Shown here one piece after another: positions 34,212 through 40,064 of a DNA stretch of 40,064 bases. The stretch comes from Octopus bimaculoides (taxonomy: Eukaryota). Both the position numbers and the translations under genes were made by a program. Below the pieces are notes generated by a model. The model searched no databases. It was not told the DNA's origin and worked only from the letters and a program-made list of their open reading frames with translations. Location: contig NC_069002.1 of assembly GCF_001194135.2 (NCBI RefSeq), positions 26,423,107 to 26,463,170 of the forward strand, written 5' to 3'. How positions within the stretch are numbered: the first letter of the stretch is position 1; each line of letters starts with the position of its first letter.

Positions 34212-34212
34212 A

Positions 34213-35433
34213 TTAGGTTGTTTCACATGAAATGTCTCATTTTTAATTACTTGTTATTTCAGTTGTTTAAAAATCTCAATTATGTATAGCTTGCATTTAA
34301 TCTTGACTCTTTTTCTTTCCCAACAATATTGGTATACAAAATTCCTGCCTACAGACCTTATGAAAATGATAACAACAAAACTATGATGAGTGATTTTCTT
34401 GTATGAGTACAAACTGGGTCACTCTGCCATAGAAGTTCTACGGAATATCAAGCGGGCCTGTGGTAATGGTTTTGTTGACATCAGAACTGTTCAGAGATGG
34501 TTCTAAAGCTCTCATTCAGGAAATAATAGCCTTGAAAATAAACAAAGGGTGAGGCCAAAATCAGTTATTCGGCATGATGGATTAAATGCTTTGGTTGAGC
34601 AAAATCTGAGAATAAAGATTTGAAAAGTTTCATCAGAGCCCCAAACATCTCGCATCAGTTTTTGGACCCCTGTAAAAAATTGGAAAAGTCAAGAAAACAG
34701 ACAAATTTGTTCCACATCAACTGAACAAGTTTCAAGAAAACAGACACCTCGAAGTATGCTCCTTATTGCTTTCTCGATTAGAAAAGGACCATTTTTGCAT
34801 CAAATCATTACTTGTGATGAGAACAGGACAGTGATTAGATGCAGGAGAGTCACCTAAACACTACCCAAACCCACCATTGCACCCTAAAAAGTTAGTGGTC
34901 ACTGTGTGGTGGTCTGCGGAGGGAGTTATTCATTATTCATTTTTGCAACAAGGAAAAACAGTAACAGCAACATCGTATTGCCAGGAAATTGATTGTATGC
35001 ATGAAAATTTGAAAACGAAGCAACATAGACTAGTGAATAGAGATGGCTCAATTTTGCTCCACGACAATGCACCTCCTCACATTCCTCAAGCCACTGTCCA
35101 AAAGTTGCAAAGCCTGAATTATGAGATTTTGCAACATCCTCCCTATTCTCCTGATATCTCTCCAACTAATCATCACTTATTTAAGCATTTTGAGCTTTTC
35201 ATAAGCAATAAAACACTCTTAAATAGAGAAGGGGTAATTGAAGCATTCGGACAGTTTATCCCAGCAAAAGATGAATTTTTTTTTAAAGATGGAATACACG
35301 ACATAGAGAAACGTTGGGTAAACATCATAAATGAACATGAATCATGCTTTGATTAAATAAATCAGTTCTCTAAAACTTCTGAAACATGTTATTGTTACCT
35401 TTCAAATACGACATTTCATGTAAAACAACTTCA
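34213..35433 (+). mobile_element. full-length (1221 bp) decayed mariner, Hsmar1/cecropia-like
   Basis: 24 bp TIRs TTAGGTTGTTTCACATGAAATGTC / GACATTTCATGTAAAACAACTTCA (3 mismatches); TA on both sides. Confidence 0.92.
34360..35356 (+). pseudogene. mariner transposase pseudogene
   Basis: IFLYEYKLG..RTVQRWF*, FVPHQL, ITCDE, LHPKKLVVTVWWS, LLHDNAPPH, HPPYSPDISPTNH. Stops, frameshifts and loss of the WILYDN segment; only 34877-35356 is open. Confidence 0.9.
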
Positions 35434-35519
35434 TATATATAGGCACAGGAATGGCTATGTGGTAAGAAGCTTGCTTCTCAACCATATGGTTCCAGGTTCT
35501 TAACGATGCTAATTCCTCA

Positions 35520-36750
35520 TTGCTGTGGGTGTTAACAGAAATCATCATTAACTCCATATTACTGTCCATCAGTGGGCAGTGCTACTTCCCTGCAGCAGAG
35601 GAAAATTTTATATGGGTACTGGGGACAAAGGAGTATATTGATTCCTGACATTAAATACCATATTTCACTCTTGGCAATGCTTGGACACTTCTTGTGATTC
35701 TTCTTCACGTCCATCTTCTCCCAAACATTTTATTCACGAAACCATTAACATTATTTTCTCTGGTGGTCTGGTTTAAAGGAATCACAATATTAGGAATGTA
35801 TCTTCTGTTCTTCTGATTTTGTAATTTAATATCAGTGGCTGTTTTTGAATCAACAGCAACAAAGTTGCAGAAATTGTTGAGATTCTCCTCTATCTGTGAG
35901 GACGAATATTGTTCCTGTAACTATGAAATTGGCTGAGAACATGGATAAAATACAACCCATTGCCCTGGAGCATCAGTTATTTGTGAGCTCCCAATGAAGT
36001 AAAAGTGTTGAATTGTAAGATCTGAAGATGTTGTTTTGAAGTTTTTTTAATAATTAGGATTCCTTTGGCTACTCATTAAATTCCAAAGATGTAATGGTTT
36101 TTCTCTCTTCAGTTGGATAATAAGATTTTACCATTATGACAGCTGTTATGGAATTTACCATCTGAGGAAGAGAACTCCCTAAGAAGTGTTTAACTCTTCA
36201 AAATTACAAAAAAATCCCTGGACCATTTGAAGGATGCAATAAATATTCATCTGAAATAAAAGTGTTGTTTTTCTTATTTTAAATTCTTACATTTCTTCTG
36301 TTTTGAAGAATAGAAATTATTGAAAATTTCAATATGAATCAAAGAAATATTTAGATTTCTTTCTCTTGTCTTGATGCCATTTTCTTCAATTTTTGCAATT
36401 CTTCCATTTTGAATAACATTTACATTTCTTTGTCTTGTACTGATGCTATTTTCTTCAATTTTGGAAACAGTAAGAACCCCAGATCTCTCTCCAGCAATTA
36501 ACCTCCTCCTCTTGTTTTTCCTCTACATTTCCATTTCACCATCTTTTAGTTATTCATCATCTTTCTTTTCCAAAGCCTTTCTTTATTTTTTCCTTCTGCT
36601 TTATTTTACCTTCTTTGAGTTCTTTCTTTCTAGCCTTGCATTGGTTTCTTGTGATTCTTGCTGTCCTTTTTTTCTCCAGTTCCTCTAATAATCTTCATGG
36701 TTTTTGCTTTAATTTTCCTGCAGTTCAAACTGTAGTTTTTTTCTTCTCTC
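35520..36750 (-). mobile_element. possible highly decayed non-LTR retrotransposon ORF1-like region
   Basis: K/E-rich coiled-coil-like minus frames (MEELQKLKKMASRQEKEI), NRRNVRI and a knuckle-like YC..FKPDH....C; many stops. Confidence 0.3.
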
Positions 36751-36910
36751 TCTCTCTGTTTACCTGTTTTCACCTGCAAATACCTGTTGTACATTTTCTG
36801 AGTCTGTATTACATATTGTCATTCCTTGAGCTTCATGTTCTTGCACTCTCTTTGCATTTCCTTGGCCAGTTGCTGTGGTGAATGAGAAATATAGAATTGG
36901 GTGTGAGTCA

Positions 36911-37150
36911 TGAAGGCAGTATGGCTCAGGTGAGGGTGTTCCAATCCTGATCACAAGATTGTGGTTTTGATTCCTGGGTCGGGCAGTGCATTGTACTCTT
37001 GAGCAAGGCATTTTGTTCCACATTGCTCCAGTCCACTCAGCTGGGAATGAGTAACTTTGCAATGGGCTGGTGCCTCATTTAAAGGGGATGTAGTGACCTC
37101 AGTCACTCATACGTCACAGAAACTGAGTAACTGAGCCTGTGACTCATCGA
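36911..37150 (+). mobile_element. SINE family C-related, old
   Basis: GGCAGTATGGCTCAG..TTGATTCCTGG..TTGAGCAAGGCA..TTGCTCCAGTCCACTCAGCTG. Confidence 0.7.
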
Positions 37151-37732
37151 ACTGAAGGCACTCAGTAATGTTCAGGGGTTGGGGATGTGAATTGTGAGGT
37201 GGTGGGGAGAATCGAGGGAGAAAGAAACAAAGTTATTTGGTGTGAGTCTTGTCATAAAAATATCAAGACTCACCTATGAATACTTCGATTAGAATAGAAA
37301 CAAAATTAATTATGAGAAAAAAATTAGTACTAGTTGGAAGTTTATGAAGAAAAATCAGAGTTAAATATCAAGAAAGGAAAAGTATTATGAATAAATATTT
37401 AAATAAATATATGGACAATATATGGAAAGTGACATTAAACAGACAAAAAAAAGGAGAGACAAAATCTGTAATGAGGTGTAAATTATAGAATAAAGAACAT
37501 TTACTTCTTTAAATGGAATAATAATCGGTAAGGAAAGGAAATTTATATTTAGGCCCATCTTTTTCACTTCTTAAAAAGTGAAAACCTGTCTAGAAAGATT
37601 TAAATAAGGGAGAGAGAGTGCATTATCATCATCATCGTCGTCGTCGTCGTCATCATCGTCGTCGTCATCATCGTCACGATTACCACCATCAGTGATCATT
37701 GCTGTTCCCCTCCACCTTGTTCCCCTCCTCTT

Positions 37733-38345
37733 TATCATCATCCTCATTTTTATGTCCATTTTTCCATGCTTGCATGGGTTGGATGAGTCCTCACAGCATC
37801 TAACCACTTGTTGCGTTCCTTTCTCATCTCTTTCATGAGGTTCATCATCCTGAAACCAGCCCTTGCCACATCTGCCTATGTCTTCCTTGGTTTTCCTCTT
37901 CTACCAATTCCTTCCATATCAATCTCCTGTCACTTCTTCACTCACCTCCCATCATCCATATACATTACATATCCAAAGCAGCAAAACCATCTCATTTTCA
38001 CACTACAACTCAGTTTTCCTCCCAGCTCATCTCTGCTTCATCATTCATACACAGTAACATTACACATCTGAGGATAACACTCATCTCATTCCTTTCCAAC
38101 CTTTACACATCCTCTGCATCCAGTGTCCACATCTCACTGCCATGCAGCATCACAGTTCATGCACCAGTTTCAGGCAACCTTCCCTTTCATTGAAGAGAGA
38201 AACCCTTCATGGTCAGAAAAGATAACAGCTTCCTAAACTTTTTGCTCTCTATTTTAATTCTAGCTTCTATGCTTTCAGAACACCCTCCTCCCATCCCTGT
38301 TGATTAGGTTACCTAGGACACAGAAGCTATCAACCACTTCGACAG
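37733..38345 (-). mobile_element. RTE LINE 3' fragment (decayed ORF end + tail)
   Basis: EVVDSFCVLGNLINRDG..SESIEARI..KGFSLQ*KGRL..MLHGSEMW...RLERNEM; tail CCAACCCATGCAAGCATGGAAAAATGGACATAAAAATGAGGATGAT. Confidence 0.85.
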
Positions 38346-38705
38346 AGCATTCTGAGCATTGCCACAGGCCATGCCAGACGATATATTCTGGAGGCTTCCA
38401 CTCCTCAGTGAAGGATGAAGACCACTTGGTTACATTGATGCTGTCGGCAGAGAGACGGGTAAAATGGAACCAAGAATCTACGAAAGCTAATGGTGAACAG
38501 AGATTCCAGGCATAACAATGTCAAATGCTTTTCAGCTGCAGGGGCCTGAAGAAAAAGGAGGAGGGGGAGGAAAGAGGAGTAGTAGTGGTGGTGGTGGTGG
38601 TGGTGGTGGTGGTAGTAGTAGTAGCGCAAGCTGCTGAATAAACTACTGAGAACCAGGATAAATGATTGACCAATCTATGTTCAATCTTAAATCTTAAATC
38701 ATTTT

Positions 38706-38938
38706 TTACTTCTTTTATTTGTTTTAGTCATTAGACTGTGGCCATGCTGGGGCACTGCCTTGAATTTTTAGTCGAATGAATTGACCCCAGTATTTCCTTT
38801 CTAAGCCTGATACTTATTTTATCAGCTTCTTTTGCCAAACTGCTAAGTTATGGGGATGCAAACACACCAACATCCGTCGTCAAGCAGTGGGGGAGAAGAC
38901 AAACACTGACACAAAGATACACATGTAGATATACATAC

Positions 38939-39030
<92 letters not shown>

Positions 39031-39320
39031 TGTGTGTGTGTGTGTGTGTATATGTATCAACTTTAAATAGAGCTCAAAATTGATCCGTTGAAAATACTTT
39101 ATTATAACAATAATAACAATAATAATAATGAAATTGACTTATGAACATATATATATGATATATATATGATGGGCTTCTTTAAGTTTCTGTCAAAGCCACT
39201 CCCAAGGCTTTGGCTGGCTTGAGGTTATAGTAGAAGACACTTGCCCAAGGGGCCATGCAGTGGAACTGAACCTGGGATCATGTGGTTGGAAAGCAAACTT
39301 CTTACCACACAGCCATGCTT
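38706..39320 (-). mobile_element. SINE family B split by an expanded internal microsatellite
   Basis: Tail at 38706-38925 and head at 39165-39320, with the TA/TG/AAT tract between. Confidence 0.75.
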
Positions 39321-39999
39321 GTACCAGCTTTAACTGTTACACTGGCCATATAACATCCAACTTTTCTTGGCGACTGACTATGCATCTACAACTTGGAGCT
39401 TTTGCAATGGATTATATTTTGCACTGTACAATATAAGCACTTCAGAGGAAAACTTTATATTCTTTTATTGGTTATTATTAATCTATTCTACTCAGAATTC
39501 CTTCAACCTTGCTATGGAAAAATATGTAAGTGATCATTCCCAAAAGCTATATTAATAGCAGAATATAACAGGAAATCCAATATAGAGATACTGCACGTTA
39601 CCAATGGAATAAGAGCAGATACTATGGCCGGCCATAGTATTTCAGGATTGCTGAATGGAAGATGACATCAACAATCAGAAAATTTTAAATCCGCTGATAA
39701 CGAATGAGAAACAGAAATATCATTCCCAAGATACTTGTGTGCCATAAAATGGCAATAAGAAGCACCACTCATGCCGTTTTGGGCAAAGGATAAGAGCAGG
39801 AAGGTCTTGAGATGTTGCTGGAACCGGGAAATTTATTGTTCCAAGGAATATAAAAGAATGGAATGGAAATATGGAAAAAATCAGTCATACAAAACTTTAA
39901 ATGAAAAGAAAAGCATGCTATGATGTCAATACTTATCTCTCACCTTCTTCTTTCTTCACTCTTTCTCTCTTTCTCTTTCTCAATATATACATATATACA

Positions 40000-40034
<35 letters not shown>

Positions 40035-40064
40035 TTATATATATAGTTATATTTGTGTGTATAT

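Noticed and set aside
37160-37560. Possible L1/Tx1 ORF2 C-terminal relic (also 6850-7040 minus)
   Set aside because: Only vague W..RN/K-rich resemblance with many stops; not supportable without a search.
39380-39530. Hydrophobic frame KLYILLLVIINLFYSEFLQPCYG ending at a GTAAGT donor
   Set aside because: No start codon or convincing acceptor; AT-rich DNA readily gives hydrophobic frames.

Overview
Eukaryotic, AT-rich, microsatellite-laden genomic DNA with assembly gaps. It is most likely octopus, inferred from the tRNA-derived SINE families and the TA/CA/CAT repeat load. No host protein-coding gene can be supported; almost all listed ORFs are microsatellite or gap artefacts. The window contains about 30 SINE copies in 3-4 families, RTE and R4/Dong-like LINE fragments, one full-length decayed mariner, several MITEs and long foldbacks. 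The main signal is about 12 hammerhead-ribozyme (HHR) motifs from about 8 sequence families. Three sit in elements sharing one architecture: a ~340-355 nt monomer with one type I HHR, repeated in tandem, with a 5' inverted segment (4.5-5.0 kb, 22.1-23.2 kb, 25.3-25.8 kb). This matches non-LTR retrozymes or Penelope-like pseudo-LTRs. One HHR (25472-25525, minus) is nearly canonical with a GUC site. Two of these elements also share a covarying structured motif ~75 nt downstream of the cleavage site that I cannot assign to a known family. Coordinates were read by eye and may be off by a few bases at degenerate ends.
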